A stretch of DNA of 63,863 nucleotides from Octopus bimaculoides (GCF_001194135.2 NC_068999.1:22145021-22208883), one strand, 5' to 3'; counted from the first letter of the stretch, positions 1-50,174 are shown. Numbers and translations: made by a program. The notes: generated by a model not told the origin, from the sequence alone.

Positions 1-194
1 GTTTTCATGAGGGTGACACGTAAAAGCACCCACTACACTCTCTGAGTGGTTGGCGTTAGGAAGGGCATCCAGCTGTAGAAACTCTGCCAAATTAGATTGG
101 AGCCTGGTGTTGCCATCCGGTTTCACCAGTCCTCAGTCAAATCGTCCAACCCATGCTAGCATGGAAAGCGGACGTTAAACGATGATGATGATGA

Positions 195-198
<4 letters not shown>
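1..198 (+). mobile_element. Young SINE-like repeat (family 1) with a (GAT)n tail, cut by the window start
   Basis: Reverse complement is essentially identical to 13726-13895 and 40347-40493; contains ggaagggcatccagctgtagaaac. Confidence 0.8.
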
Positions 199-230
<32 letters not shown>

Positions 231-2325
231 TTATGATACTTTCCAAAGTATCACAAGTCAGAAAATGTATATTTGTCAGTAGAATGGTTACATTAATCAA
301 AGTATACAGTATTATAAATCCATTATTACAAATATTACCAATCAGTTTTGCATAGGATATTAAACAATTAGGTGATTACCTAATTGGATTAAATCAGCTG
401 TAATGGATTTATGATAATGTATACTTTGATTAGTATATATCATCATCATTTAACAACTTTTTTCCAATACTGGTATAGGTTGGACAATTCAACATGAACT
501 GAAGGGCCAGAGGGCTGTGCTGAGTTCCAGTGTCTGCTTTGGCATGGTTTCTACAGCTGGATGCCCTTCCAAATGCCAACTACTTTACAGAGTGTAATGG
601 GTGCTTCTTACATGACACCAGCACTGGTGAACTCACCAGTTACCTGCAATACAAGATCCCAGTACACACAAGGTGATTGTTTCATTTATGTGTCATTGTG
701 ACATGACTTGTTAGCATACTGGACAAAACACAAAACAGAATTTCATCCATCTTTAATGTTTTGAACTCAAATTCCACTGAGGTCAACTTTGGCTTTCATC
801 CTTTCAGGGTTGATAACATACGTACCAGTTGAGTACTGGGTTCAATGTAATTGACTACACCCCTCTCCTAAAATTTCAGATGATTTATCCTAAGTATATT
901 ATCATATTATGTATCACAAGAAAGCAATTAATTGTTCATTATAGAGGAATCTAAACAAACGCTATCAACATATTTAGGGTAAGTAGTTAGAGCAATTATT
1001 GGCTTTTTTTTTTCTTGTTACAAAATACTACTGAAGCAATTATAATTACCATGCAATAATTATTATTTAATTACTCAAATAGACATGTTTACTTGCATTA
1101 TGCTTTTTCTCACTAACATTTTAATTGTTGGTACATTTACATAGAACTTTCATCTAGATAGATGGAAGGAACACATCAATTTGGATGTTTAGCTAAACAA
1201 AACACATGAAAAGGAATATCGATGCATCTCTATACATCTCAAGAATAGCAAATAATTGCATATTTCTTTGTAAATTAAAAACTGATTTAAGTTAAAGTAA
1301 AAGTAAGATTCATTAACGAAATCTGTAATCTGCCATTCCACTTTCATTTCTAAATATCTTGGAAATGACTTCACAACTCTCTTCTGTAAAAAGCACATGT
1401 TTCATGCCTACTCATGAAATGATGAGAAAAGCCTGCCCAAGATACTGGTAGGTTTATTGTAAGCAAGATCTAGGAAAGATAAGTTTTAATGCTTTTCCTT
1501 AACCTCTAATGAAACTGAATTTTTACCAAGAAATAAACACATTTTTTTTTAATATGAGCAAAAACAGAAAGCAGTGCATTGAAACTGCATCCATAGCTAA
1601 GTATTTACAGCTGATATGGTTTTATACATTTTAATAGGCAAGTTCATCTTTTCTTGTCCTTTGACTTGTAATCTAAAAACTTTTTCAAAGGAAGATAACA
1701 CATTACTTACAGTTCTTTAGTAGCATCATATGAATGAAAAGGATCATTTCTTCAAAACCTTTGTGGTAGCTAACAAGGATATCATTATTATACAGGGATG
1801 TTTAAGAGGGTATGTCAGGAAACAAAATATTACTGGACATGTGCAAGATATGAAGAGGGAACCAAGATTTTTAGACTATGTGTAATTGACTTTTCTGACT
1901 ATAAAAAAAAAAAGAGAGAGAGAGAGATAAGTGGTTGTGGACTCCAAATGTAGTTCTGATGAAATAAAGTTTTCTCTAACAAATAAAGTTAGTGAGATCA
2001 GACTGACAGCAGTGAAGAAATGAAAAAAATGCAAACAGAAGAGGCACTGGAACACAAGCAAAGAGGCGGGGGGACCCAAATAATTATAGCCAATATTTTA
2101 TGAATTGAGACAAGTGAAAAATAAAAAAAAAAAGAAAAAAAGGAATTAGTTTAAAGAAGTAAATTTATTTTGAAGAATAACAGAACTTTGAGAGTTAAAT
2201 TAAAGACAGAGAAAATAGTCAGAAAAGTGAAAAATAGTCCAATTTTAAAATAAATGTATTCTTAATATCAAGGCATGTGACACATCCCAGATTCATTTTT
2301 AATAAGTCATTTTAAGGTAACAGAA

Positions 2326-2356
<31 letters not shown>

Positions 2357-3501
2357 GTAATTAAAGAAAAGAAAAGATAGATTTAACAGCCTCAGTAGAA
2401 GAGAAAATTATATTTATTTTATTTTATTTTTCCATTGCAACAAACAAAATGAAATTTTTTGTTGGAAGAATGAAAATTCTCCTGTGATTTTGACACAAAG
2501 TAATAATAAACAAAATCTATAATAACATTAGGAAGAAGAAATGTGTGCTTCAAAGAAAGAAAGAACAATATTTTTTTTAATATGTAATTTATCTCATCAA
2601 TAAACAAGTTTTCATTTTTACTTAAGGGAAAAAGATTATGAGAAATTAAAAAATGTTATTGGTAGCTGTCACTAACTTATAGAGGAAACTTTTTCAAGTT
2701 CATTATGGCAGTTTTCCTTTTGTTATAGGCTAAAAGTGTTTAAGTCTTGTTAGGTTATCATCAAGATAAATATCTCCATAGAGTAACAAGCAAACTCCCA
2801 AAATAATCACCTTGATGATGATATGAACTATTAAATATATCTACCAAGAACAACTATAAGCAACAAAATATTTCGAAATATATTCAGATGAGATTGCTAA
2901 TTGATGTACATGAAACAGCAGCATATTTACAATAGCCAACATGTTAGTAGTGTTTGTATAGATCAGTGGTTCTCAACCATTTTTTGCCTATGGACCCTTT
3001 TGACTCCTATTTAACTCTACTGGACCCCCCAGGTTAAAAAAAAAAAACTAACATTTTTATAATATTATTAGTAATTGCATATAAAAAAAGTTGTTGAAAT
3101 ATCTTGTGTATTGTAGAAGTATAACCAGTTTATTGCAGATAAATTTTAACAACAAAATCTTATATGAACATCTTATATGATGAATTAATCCTCCTGAAAG
3201 TGGGTGACTTTTTTTATGAGACTAAAAAGTTGGAAGACATAACAAATGAAAAGAGAAGGATAATCAAAGTTTTATTTTCAGAGTTCAAATTCCATGGGTA
3301 TTTGACTTGCATTTTTAATACTTTCAGAAGATCAATAAAATAAATAGCACTGACTTATCACAATGGTTTGGGAAGAAGAATCACTACTGGAATCATCATA
3401 AATGTATAACTGGGCTAACTTCTACAGTATGTGTAGAATTTGGGAGGAAATAGAATGTGCGATAAACTGCCTTCTGGTATTTAGATGGGATTCTTTTAAA
3501 A

Positions 3502-3817
3502 CAGTGATTCTTAACCATTTTTTGGACTCCATTGATTACTATTTCACTCTGGTGGACCCCCAAAGCCATTCAATGTCTAAAAATTAGTTTTATAGATACT
3601 TTTTTTTTAAATTCCTATTTTGCTTTTCACATATTAACTTGTGTAGGTTGAGCGATGCAAAACATTAGAGAAAGAAACCTTGCTGCTTCTTGCAATAAAT
3701 ACATCTAAAGTAAAAATTTTCTCTTGGATCTTTAATATATTACTATGGGTCCCCAATTTATTATTTTGTTTGTGTGGACCCAGAAATCTTATATGGAACC
3801 AAGTTGGGGAACTACTG
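3502..3817. mobile_element. hAT-type MITE (cagtgattct...actactg); truncated sister copy at about 2964-3180
   Basis: CAG..CTG termini, near-TSD ttttaaaa/ttttagaa, shared ggacccc internal motifs. Confidence 0.6.
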
Positions 3818-4589
3818 TTTTAGAAGGATTAGAACTCAGACTGTATAGTGAATAAAATAGATAAGTTAGACATTTAGGATGATTCCAATAGCGATTCCCC
3901 TTCCTATACCACTGTGATAAGCCAGTGCTATTTATTTTTCATTTTGATTCCCTAACATGCCATTTCTTCTTCAGGACAGAAATTTAATTTAAAAAAACTT
4001 TAACAAAGATGAAATATAACCCAACTCTTATCAAAATATTATTTCTTTTTTTTGTTATTTGTTATTTTGTCCTCAGAGTTCATAAATATTAATCTAATAC
4101 ATGACTGAGTCAGCTGCCGTTGTAAGGATGATGTCACTATTGTAAATATGTCACCATTGCAAGTACATCATCTACTAAAATATCTGTTTGTCTTGAGTCA
4201 ACTCTTTGGAAGCCGAGTAAAAGACTTCCCATGAACAGGATACCAGTTCATTGCAGGATTAATCTCAGAAGCCACTGTCAATATTTTCAACTGAGTAGAA
4301 AAGAGCAACATGAAATGAATTGCCTTACTCAAAATGCACTACCTGGTCTGAAAATTGAGCCCAAATCTAATGATCACGAACCCAGCACCTGAACTACTTA
4401 GCCACATGCCTTCCCTATATTATCTAATGAATGTCATTAAATAATTTTAGACAGCATGGTTGTGTGGTTGAGAAGCTCATTTGTAACAATGTGATTCCAG
4501 GTTTATTTCCACTGTGCAGCACCTTGGGCAAGTATCAAACAATGCCATTTGATTGAATTTGGTAGACTGAACCTGTGTGGAAGCCTGTC

Positions 4590-4633
<44 letters not shown>

Positions 4634-4642
4634 GTCTATCTA
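4590..4642. repeat. (ATCT)n microsatellite
   Basis: Seen directly. Confidence 0.95.
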
Positions 4643-4644
4643 TA

Positions 4645-5475
4645 TAATCAATACACATGACAAAAGAGCCATTAATACATTCATGCTTTTATGATACTTT
4701 AAATAAGTATATTTATAAAATATGCCATGTATCTCCAAGCAATCTTTCTGGCTCTGTTCATGTATTAGATATATTTTAAAAACTAGGATGACGGACAGTA
4801 AGAGAATAAGAAAAAAAAAAAAAAAAACTAGAAGAAGGTTGACACAAAAAAATGGACAAGAAGAAACAAAAGCAAGAAAACCAAGATCCCTGTCTTCCCT
4901 GATTGCTGAAAACACAATGCAGCTGGTATAACAGGAAAATATGTCAAAGCCTGCAAGACAGCAACTCAATCTGGAGCTGATGGTATCCTCTAGTTTGACA
5001 AAAGAAACCTGTCCTTGTGTTTGCACTTGCTAAAAATTTCAGAACTGGCATTAAGTAGCATGGTGAAATTCTTGGATCTAAGAAGAATATGAGATCTTTC
5101 TGCTAAACATAAATTGCATTTCTTAGATCCATTAACATATGGCTTGGATTTCTCCATGATTCTCCACTCGATTGCGTGTGGTGTGGAGTTGGTCTTCAGA
5201 TGCCAAGCCAACTTAGTTGCTTTACTGTTGTTGATATGCTGAAAAGAAGATAGATGTTTGCATAACATTTCTTTCCTTTCCTTCCATTTTTTGCATTAAC
5301 CTTCTTTGCGTTTTTCTTATTTTCTCACTGTCCATCATCCTAGTTTTTAAAATATATCTACTACATAAACAGAACCTGAAAAATCACTTGGAGATACAAG
5401 GCAAATTTTATAAATATGCCTATTTAAAGTATCATAAAAGCACGAAACTATTAGTAGTTCTTTCGGCATGTGTAT
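4645..5475 (-). mobile_element. Penelope-like element remnant: GIY-YIG C-terminus between ~200-bp inverted arms
   Basis: ORF 4990-5268 reads HLSSFQH..TKLAWHLK..IEWRI..KPYVNGSKKCNLCLAER..LLNASSEIFSKCKHK; 4645-4870 matches 5265-5475 reverse-complemented. Confidence 0.75.
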
Positions 5476-8400
5476 TAAAATGATATTTATCTCTCACAGG
5501 TTGGAGTACTTTGTTTTGTTGATTCTACCTATATTAGATCTATAAACTATGTGTGTGTGTGTCTCAGTGTTTGCTCCCTCCCACCACTTGACAACTACTG
5601 TTGGTTTGTTTACATCTACATAACTTAGCGTTCAGCAAAAGAGATTGACAGATTAAGGACCAGACTTTTAAAAAATAAGTCCTGGGGTCGATTTGTTCGA
5701 CTAAACCCTTCAAGGCAGTGCTCCAGCATGGCCAAAAAATAAAAGATGTTATTGTCAGTAGCCATTATGAAATAATTCTGATTAATAACTTCTGAATTAT
5801 ATCTTTCTCAGTTGGCTTTTTTTAATCTTTAAGGGGATATTTGTCTTGATAATAATCATCTTGTTATTCAGACATTTTGTTTAATACACAAATAGACATA
5901 AATCATAAAAATAGGACATCCTCACAGATATATGTCTATCAACATAGTAAATACACAAACACACACATATATTTATACTGAGACACACACATAAAGAAAT
6001 GTGAACTAATTGGCCTAATGAGATTTGTCTTTTGATCCAAATCTTATGGATCATCTGTATTATTTACGTATATATTTGTTAACCCATAAGAATTGTATAA
6101 CACATCAACAAGTAAAATTATGGAGAATAAGTATTAAAAACATAAATATTTTGTGTTGACAGATAAGCAAAGGTAAATCCATAACTTTTGGAAATGCACA
6201 AACGAAGATTGAATTATTTCATCCATTTACATTAATGTTATTTATTGTAAACATCAGAAGCTCACTCAGTAGCACTGTTAATGAAGCAATGTTTAGTACC
6301 AGGGCTTCAACATAATTGAAGGCAATAATTTTTCATCAAAATCAAATACATCAGATTTCTCGAGCCAATGAAGGAGACTTTATAGGTCACTTGATCTGCT
6401 AGAAATAGCAGCGAAATCTCACACTATCATGTTAAAAAAAAAGGACACATTAGGTAATGTGGTCCTGTGTTCCCTGCACATAGAAAAAAAAAAAAGATGT
6501 GATGGTCATGACAGGAATGTCTTCGGTTATAGGTCTGCTCAATTATTGTTGGCCTGAGGCTAAACAATAACTTTAGATTTATAAGATCCTGTGACATTCA
6601 TGGTGAGTAAAAGATGATTTATCAATTATTGAACTAGAGTTAATGATTCTCACATTAATTTATGGTGCTTAGCACATTTTTTAAAATTATAGAACTTGCA
6701 ATATTAAGTTTGAACAAAGCAGACAGTCTATTCTAATAATGAGTTGAACTGGCTCTCCTAAATGGTGTTCTAAAGGGAATCTAAATTCCCTTCATTTAAC
6801 TGTTTGCAGGATACCTTTACATAGTTGCAGTGCATGAGACCTCTATAGTTATTAAACCAAACCATTTACTAGATACTGCATAGAGGATCCCTTCAATTAG
6901 TGGTATCTTAGAAAGTTTTTTCAGATAGCTAAAGTGTGCAAGATATCTCTATTCTGTTGAAAGACAGAGAACCAGTTTATTGATTGTAACATTGTAAGAG
7001 AAACAACTAATTTTAAGCTGTCTTGATAGATCAGTTAAAAACTTTCAAGGAATGACTGTTTTTGTAAAGAGCAATATTTATTCATGACTCTGAAAGTAGA
7101 AATTAACTAATTTGATGAGAGAATGATGACAGAAAGCTGTGTTAAACATAAGCAAGATAGCTAAGGTTTGTATGCTGAATTATCAGTTATATTCGGTTTT
7201 CTTCAGTTGTAGAACTGTAATTTGTTTAACTAACAATGGATTGAAGAGATAACAAGACAGGTAAATGTAGCTGTTAGCAAGTATAGTTGTAGTATCAAAA
7301 AGATTTGTATGCAAAGTGTTACAAAATGTCACAACCCAAAGCAAGATCAGTTAATCTTGAATACAAGAATTACTATTATTTTATGTGAAATTGTGGAACA
7401 GTTTCTTTGAACTGGAAAAATAAAAGTTTGTTGAATGGATTTCAAAACCAAAGCACTATCTAATAGAAAAAAAAAAATTTTTTTAATCAGCAGTAAATAA
7501 GCAATGTAATTCTCAAAGATTTCACATAAATATATAAATAGATATACAAAATCATAATGTAATGTATATAAGCATATGAATAGGGCTTTCAATTTTCATT
7601 CCTGTTATCTCTCTATATCTGATGCAGGTGTATGCTTATATGAGATGTGTGTAGGGTTTTCAAATTAAATCCAATAAGAAACAGACAAATAACAAGAAAT
7701 CACTCTCATGTATTCATTTCCTACTTCAGTCATTCTCTTTCTCTCTCTGTCTCACACACAAAGAGTAGTAGTTTTTTTTTTTGTTACTGTACACACATAC
7801 ACATGTATATATACATATATATGTATTCCACATGATGAAAGACTGTGTGACAAGTGGAAAGATGCTGTGAAACCTGTCCAATTTAAGCCAAAGTAGAAAA
7901 GTAGACATAAAAGGATGATGATGATAATAATAAAAGCAAAAATGCTGTGATCAGGTAAACAAAGAAAAAATATATGCAAAAGAAAGGAGGAAAAAGTGAA
8001 ATGCAAATGTTTAATATTGCAGCAGTTAATACATGTTTTAAGACTAGGACACAAGGACAAATTTTGTAAAGGAGAGGAATAGATGACAGCAATATATTAT
8101 CATACATTGAATCAAACCCTAGTTACTGTGTGCATCCCGGTTTTAGAATGGGTTCACTGCATGTTATTAGAGTTGAATGAAAAGAAAAAACATTTAGCTG
8201 TAAAACTCTGCCTCAGAAAAATTACCCCACTCAGCATGGAAAAGTGAATGGAAAACACTGATAACGATGATTTAATCAAACTCTAGCAGCCTGAAAGGCA
8301 ATGTCAATCTTAGTGGGATTTAAACTAAGAGTAGTAAAAGTTCTGGATAAATTTCAATATGAAGTATATAGTCTGGCTCTCTACTGTTTTAACCATCTGT

Positions 8401-9654
8401 AATAATTTCCAAATGACTTATGAGTAATCCAGGAAGCATCTATATAGTTGACTTCATTAATGTAATCACTAACTTTCCCAAAGTATAACCTCCACCAACT
8501 TGATAATGAGGATCAAATCTTATGACAATATGCTCCTCATTAAAAACATGACAACCGTACAAATAAGTGTCAATTTCTTTCATTAGCTGTTTACATGCTA
8601 CAGGGTCTTTTATCAGCAGATGCGTTTGAGAATGCTTAACAAAACAATGAGAAATTAATAAAAAGATAAACAAGTATCCTTTTTCTCTATACAAATTCTA
8701 CATTGTAAATATTGCAGTAGGAATATTCAATATTAAGTGAAAATATTAGTTTATAAAATATTAATTATTTTTTCTTCTGTTTCACTGTAAGGTCAGCTCA
8801 AATTAAATTTTTTTGTTCTGCGTTGGAGAAAAGATATAAATAATAATATCAGAACAGCTAATTATTATTTCTACTTAGAAAATTAACCAATAGTTTTTTT
8901 TTTCCTCTTCTGAAACTAAAATGGTTAATGTTAAGAAAGAAAACAATTGAAACAAACTTACAGAAAACCTCCCTATGAATCTACCAACATTTTAAATACA
9001 CAAATATAATATATATTGATATCAAGACACACATCTTTATGTGCTGTTATGTAGGGAATGTGATGATGAACAGCTATGGAGAGAATGTAATAATTGTGAG
9101 CTATTATGGAGAGATTATGAGCGATTATGGTGAGAAAACTGCTTTATCATGATTAAGATACTTTATAAACAATGCTCATCACTGTTTGCATTTATGAGCA
9201 TTTCCATGTTAATTATATTTAAAGAAATGAATAGGTGGGAATAATTAAAACTGCAAGATGGCTAAGTCCAAACTTCAAGACTTTTTCAAAAATAAGCAAA
9301 GAACACATTCATACAACAAATGGAATTAATATGACAATACAAAAATTAGATGGTATGATACACGTGATCTTTATTCAATATTGAGTCTGTAAGGATGGTA
9401 AGGCTCTCAAATAAAAAAAATATATAATAAACATATAAAAGAAACATTAAAAATGTTTATCTATATGAACTGAAATGAATGTATACAAATATTGTGGAAT
9501 ATAACAGCAATTTCCTTTTCTATATACCCTATTGAAATATATCAGTGTTGACCTTTGATAAAGTTCTCAGTGCAGCAATCTCAAAAAAATAATGAAACAT
9601 TTTCTTTTATATATTTTATCTTTACTGCAGAAACTGCAATTTGATTGGCAGCAG

Positions 9655-9695
<41 letters not shown>

Positions 9696-11809
9696 TATAT
9701 ATATATATATATATACACACACACATATATATACATATATAAAATTAAAAAAAAAAGAAAAGAATGTCATTAAATTGAATATGGATGCAATATGTATGCA
9801 AACACACTCACACACCGCTGATAAAAATCAAATATACAATAGCTTTTCACTGTTTATTTTCTCATTACTCTTTCAATGTAATTTCTGACTTGAGATGCAA
9901 AACTGGATCACCAGGAATATGTTTTAATCATTTAAAAGCGTTTTTTTTTTGAAATTATGACATAAACAGTATTTATAAAGCCACCTTTGCTTTTTTTTTT
10001 CCTTTTTACAATAACTTTGTGTGTGCATGGTGTTACCAGAAGTAATTTGCCTTATAACTTATATATAACTATCTTACAAGCAGGGTTGTTTGTTCACATA
10101 ACTGTTTGTCAATATTATGAATATATATTGGTGAAACATGCACAGGTTGCTGCCCAGAAATATATATGTAACATGATGTACCTGACATTACATTCCTCAT
10201 ATTCATATTATTTCTGCTATCAATAAAGTCTCTTTCATACAATTCATAACAACTGCAATTTAGCAATTAATAAAATCAGTCATAAGATATCAAATCTAAA
10301 TGTTACTATTAAAATTTTGAAGAACATAAGATTTGAAATCATTTTGACTCTTTTGTAATTATTCCCCATTCAATTTTGAGAAGGGTTAGAAGTATAGGAA
10401 CTTATTTAATGATTTCTCAACCCATGTCAAATAGTTCTCATTTAAAACAATTTATAGTGGATGAAGACCAATAAAATTAATTTTAGAGCAAAACACAACT
10501 AGATACAAAGACATTAAAAATAAAATTAAAAATTAATAACTAGAGCTAAGGTCACATGTGACAACTGTCACCCAATCAATTAACAACCAGCTTCGAAATG
10601 AGTGCTGCATACACAATATACTTATTTGAAACATCAAAAGCATACTGCTCTTAATTCACTGCTATTTTCTGATGTAAGCAAACAACTAAAGACACAATAG
10701 GAGAGAGAGAGTGATAGAGAAAGAGAGAGAAAATGTGTGTATGTGAGAGAGGGAGAGAGAAAGCAAGTGCATGTGAGAACAATGCAGAAGTAATTTTTGG
10801 TCTTTTGGATGCCTCAAAACTGTTTTTCCAATGCTTTAAACAAAACAACTGCACTTTTATCTTTATCAACACAGACTCACCTTTCGTAGCAAATTTAATC
10901 CAATGAGAAGATATCATCATCAATCAAGCTCTATGGGCACCAGCCATTTAACTTCATTAGAAATATGTATATCAAACATCCCTGGAGCAATATGTAGTAC
11001 ACAGTCATGTAAGAATGTGTATTCTAGTTAGGGTATATAAGATGGATGCGTGTTTACAGTTATTCCACCCCCATTTATATGTGAATCAAGCTATGAAGAA
11101 TTGGTATGCAGCCAAGGAACAGTTAAAACAAACACTTGGTAAATATATTAAAATTGATAATAGATCTCAAATGACAGAGAAACAGAAATGGAGATTGTGT
11201 TGATTGGGAGGCCTACATTGTTTTCTAATAAAGACTTTTTTTTTCTCATTTTACCAGCAATAAATCAGCTTCTGATAAAAATGATAAATTAAAAATGACT
11301 GGAAAAAAAAATTGGAAAATAAAATGAAAACAATAGGAATTTATAGAGACATACGAAAACAACAATGTTTCATGTTGAAAGAGATATAACTCAGAAAATG
11401 AGAAACTGGTTAGGGTTTGTTATTTAGGATTGGTGGGGGTACAACTTTAAAACATTTCCTGTTATTTTTATTATTTAATTACACTTATTCAAACATTTGA
11501 AAAGTGCAAGCATCCGTCTGACATATATATATATATATATATATCCGAACAGGTATTGGCACCAACATGCACACAGTCATTCAGAGAGAAAAATACGAGA
11601 TGCATTCAAATGTGTCAGATACAATAGTATTTGGTTATTCTTTTCCTTTTTTTTCTTTCTTTTAATTAAATGGAAGGAAACATAAAACAGAGAGGACAAT
11701 GGGAATAACTAGCTCACGTATAATATCCTTCATCTCTGAGAAACAATCAGTTCGACAGTGATGTGGTACAACAAAGCTGGCAGACAACGAACTAACAGGG
11801 TAGACCTAA

Positions 11810-12090
11810 NNNNNNNNNNNNNNNNNNNNNNNNNNNNNNNNNNNNNNNNNNNNNNNNNNNNNNNNNNNNNNNNNNNNNNNNNNNNNNNNNNNNNNNNNNN
11901 NNNNNNNNNNNNNNNNNNNNNNNNNNNNNNNNNNNNNNNNNNNNNNNNNNNNNNNNNNNNNNNNNNNNNNNNNNNNNNNNNNNNNNNNNNNNNNNNNNNN
12001 NNNNNNNNNNNNNNNNNNNNNNNNNNNNNNNNNNNNNNNNNNNNNNNNNNNNNNNNNNNNNNNNNNNNNNNNNNNNNNNNNNNNNNNNNN
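11810..12090. other. Assembly gap (N); other gaps at 18345-18588, 33227-33463, 56379-56568, 61110-61602
   Basis: Runs of n, mostly next to microsatellites or repeats. Confidence 1.
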
Positions 12091-12133
<43 letters not shown>

Positions 12134-12168
12134 CAGTTTTATAAATTCAGACAGGTTCGCCAGTATTG

Positions 12169-12174
12169 TTTATT
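12169..12174 (-). promoter_or_regulatory. Candidate proximal polyadenylation signal AATAAA
   Basis: Minus strand reads TAA A AATAAA right after the stop. The hexamer is common in AT-rich DNA. Confidence 0.25.
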
Positions 12175-12175
12175 T

Positions 12176-47162
<34,987 letters not shown>

Positions 47163-48555
47163 CTGAAAGGAAGTAAAAGTTCAAAACATGAGTGGAAATT
47201 CTAAGAGCTGCTTAAATGTAAAGTATTATAAATTATTAATGCATTTTGTTCAGGAGATAATATAAATTATATCTCTTGAAGTATTTAGGATGTAAAATCA
47301 TAGCCATTAACAAAGGTGAAATAATTTTACAGCACTTGAGCTCCAGCTCAGAAGTAGAAATCAGTTTAATGAGTTCAACCACAATGTTCATCTAAGATCA
47401 TCTCCTTTAATACACTGAACAATTTAGTTACTAATATCAACAACATCTTATCTTTTTCAAGCTGAGATAATAGCTGTTGATTGCTAAATGTTTTAGTCTT
47501 CACAAAAGTTCTAGATAAATTTAACTAAAGTAGATATTATTCAACTCCAGAATATTAAATCAAAACATATTCAACAAGACCTGGAAGAATAGTTATGGAC
47601 AATGCAATAGTATGGTAAAAAAAAAAAATTTAATGTGGTAGAAGTGTATTTAGTTGGTACAAAATATATTTCCAAGTTAATAATGAGAGAATATTGAAGG
47701 GTGTGCTGAACTGAAATTCAGAGAAACTGACTGTAACCATTCAGAGATTAAGTGAAATTAAGACAATGCAAAAATATTTGGTAACATGAAACTCCAGGAA
47801 ATTAGTTTGATGTTAATTATCAGATGCTAGAAATAAAATTAATAACATGTATGCTGACAACAGGTTCATTTGCTACTAAAGTATGCAAAATTATAAAAGG
47901 CAAATAACTTGCTGCATAATGTTTCATACATATATAACAACTATATTTTATTTTGCAACTGAGCAAAGATTCAATGACTGTAGAAACGATGAATATTTTG
48001 TTGAAAGTTTGGAAATAAATGCACTAAGAATGTTATGCAATGTCTGAAGGATAAACTGCTTTGAAAATGTATACCTTGTAATGGTTTTAGTTATTAGATT
48101 GTGGCTATGAGGAGTATTGCTTGCAAGAGTTTTAGTTGAGTATATTGAACACAATATTTACATAAGTGTGCTACTTATTCTACTGAGCTATATTGAATTT
48201 TTAAATTATACTTTTTGACATAACACAGATATGTTAATAACTAAACCATAAACACAGACAGGCCTCTACACTGTCTCCATCAACCAAATGCCATTTTTGA
48301 GTTATTGGTAAACTCAATACTACATGCTTCATATGTCATGTAGTGAAAATGAACCAGGGACCACATGGCTGCAAAGTAAACTTCTCAAGTACATGGATAC
48401 ATATTTCAGAGTGAGTGTCAAACAGCCATGTTTTTCACATTGCCAAGAGTGGCTGGTGTGTACCTACATACGTGCAATACAAAGTGAATCACTTGAGTTA
48501 GGATGTTTGATAGAATGAATTAAATTTTTTTAATGAAATTGCACAGCGTTTTTAA

Positions 48556-48718
48556 TCCTTTTGTTTATGTTTTGGCTGAAATATATTGCCTTAGTTTCAA
48601 TTAATTTTAAAAAGAATGAAGAATTTGACAAATAAGCACATTATTAAGTTGGTGTTCAGAACAAAACGTTTGTACCTCAGAACTAGGAGCAGTCTCAGGT
48701 GAGTTGGTATCAAAAGGG
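48556..48718. mobile_element. Possible piggyBac-type MITE of a different family
   Basis: ttaa|tccttttg ... caaaaggg|ttaa. Confidence 0.45.
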
Positions 48719-50174
48719 TTAAATGAATCTATGTGTCTAGCAAACAACTTGCACATGCAAGTGCTACCAGTCAAGAACTCCACATACCAGAAGCCAGCAA
48801 GTGTATGGGGTCATCAGGAGAGAATGCGTGCCGTTTCGGAGCCTACCTCTCGACGGCATCAATGCGCACCGGCCCCCCTCACTGATATGAGGCCCCGCTT
48901 GCTAGATCAACTGATTATTAAAACAAAGCTCAATATTTCTCTAGCCATCGCTCATCGTCTCTTTTTAACCAAATCCAGTGGCTAGCCTTCTCCACTATTA
49001 AATGTGTTTCTGAGAATACTTATATGCTTAAGAAAATAGTGGGAATTTAAAACAAAGCTGTTACTTTAAAAATTAAATGAATATTTGTTTTGTATAAAAT
49101 TACATACTTTTCAATTCAGACAATTTCATTGGGGCAAGTGTTTCACAACCTGATACAGACTATTTACAAATATTAATTATATAACTTGTTTCTTATTTTG
49201 ATAAAGCACATCAAACAAAAGTGAACAAAACATGACCCAGTTAAACAAATTTAATGAGAAGACTGAATAATTATTTCATTATTTTGGCCATTAAAAATAG
49301 CTTGACTATATTATGATTAAAACCCCAAAAGGATGTACAATAAAAATGATGGGAAAAAAACCCAACAAAAAAACGAAAGAAAATCACATGTGAATCTTCA
49401 CTGAGAGATTATATTTTCAAGGAATATTTATTCCTAGAGATGGTGCAAACAAAAAAGTAGGTTCTTGATAATATTTTTACCAACCTAAATATCACAAAAA
49501 TTCCAGAAGATAACATACAATAATGAATGCATAGATATATGCGTTGTTATTTAGTAAGACTGAGAATTTTAGCAAATAGAGACCAAATTCTTCACTTCTC
49601 AGTTTATTCTTAAGATATTTCTGCAGTAGTATTAGTTTGTTTGAATTTCAAAGAAATCTATTTGCAACAAAAATAGCAAAGTGAGAGTTTTATTAATTTT
49701 GATCCGTTTTGTATAGACAGGAATGCAAAGCTGGCGATTCTTTGTTTACATCATGTTTTATTGTTATCTCAGATGGATAATTCATTATGATGGAGAAAGC
49801 TTGCTGTGGGACATGATATAAACATCCAGTGATTATTTCTGATTTAATAATGGCAACTGAAATCAAATGAATACCAGTTTTCTATAATTGGAGAAAATTC
49901 TTTGAAGTGCTTAAGACAACAAACACATTAGTACAAATTCCAGGTTTAAACTAAGTGTTCATCTTGTAATTTTAGGAGAAATTGTTCTTGATTTGTCAAA
50001 TAGAGATTAGCAGTGAAATTGTTTGTATGTTACAGTATATGCAATAACAAAAAATAAAAAGTATTAATTTCATATTGTTGATTCATCTTAACTGAGATTG
50101 ATTTTTAAGCAAAGCTCCAAATCTTCAAACATTTTTAACTGACAGAAATGTGAACATTACTAAAGATGTAGGTT

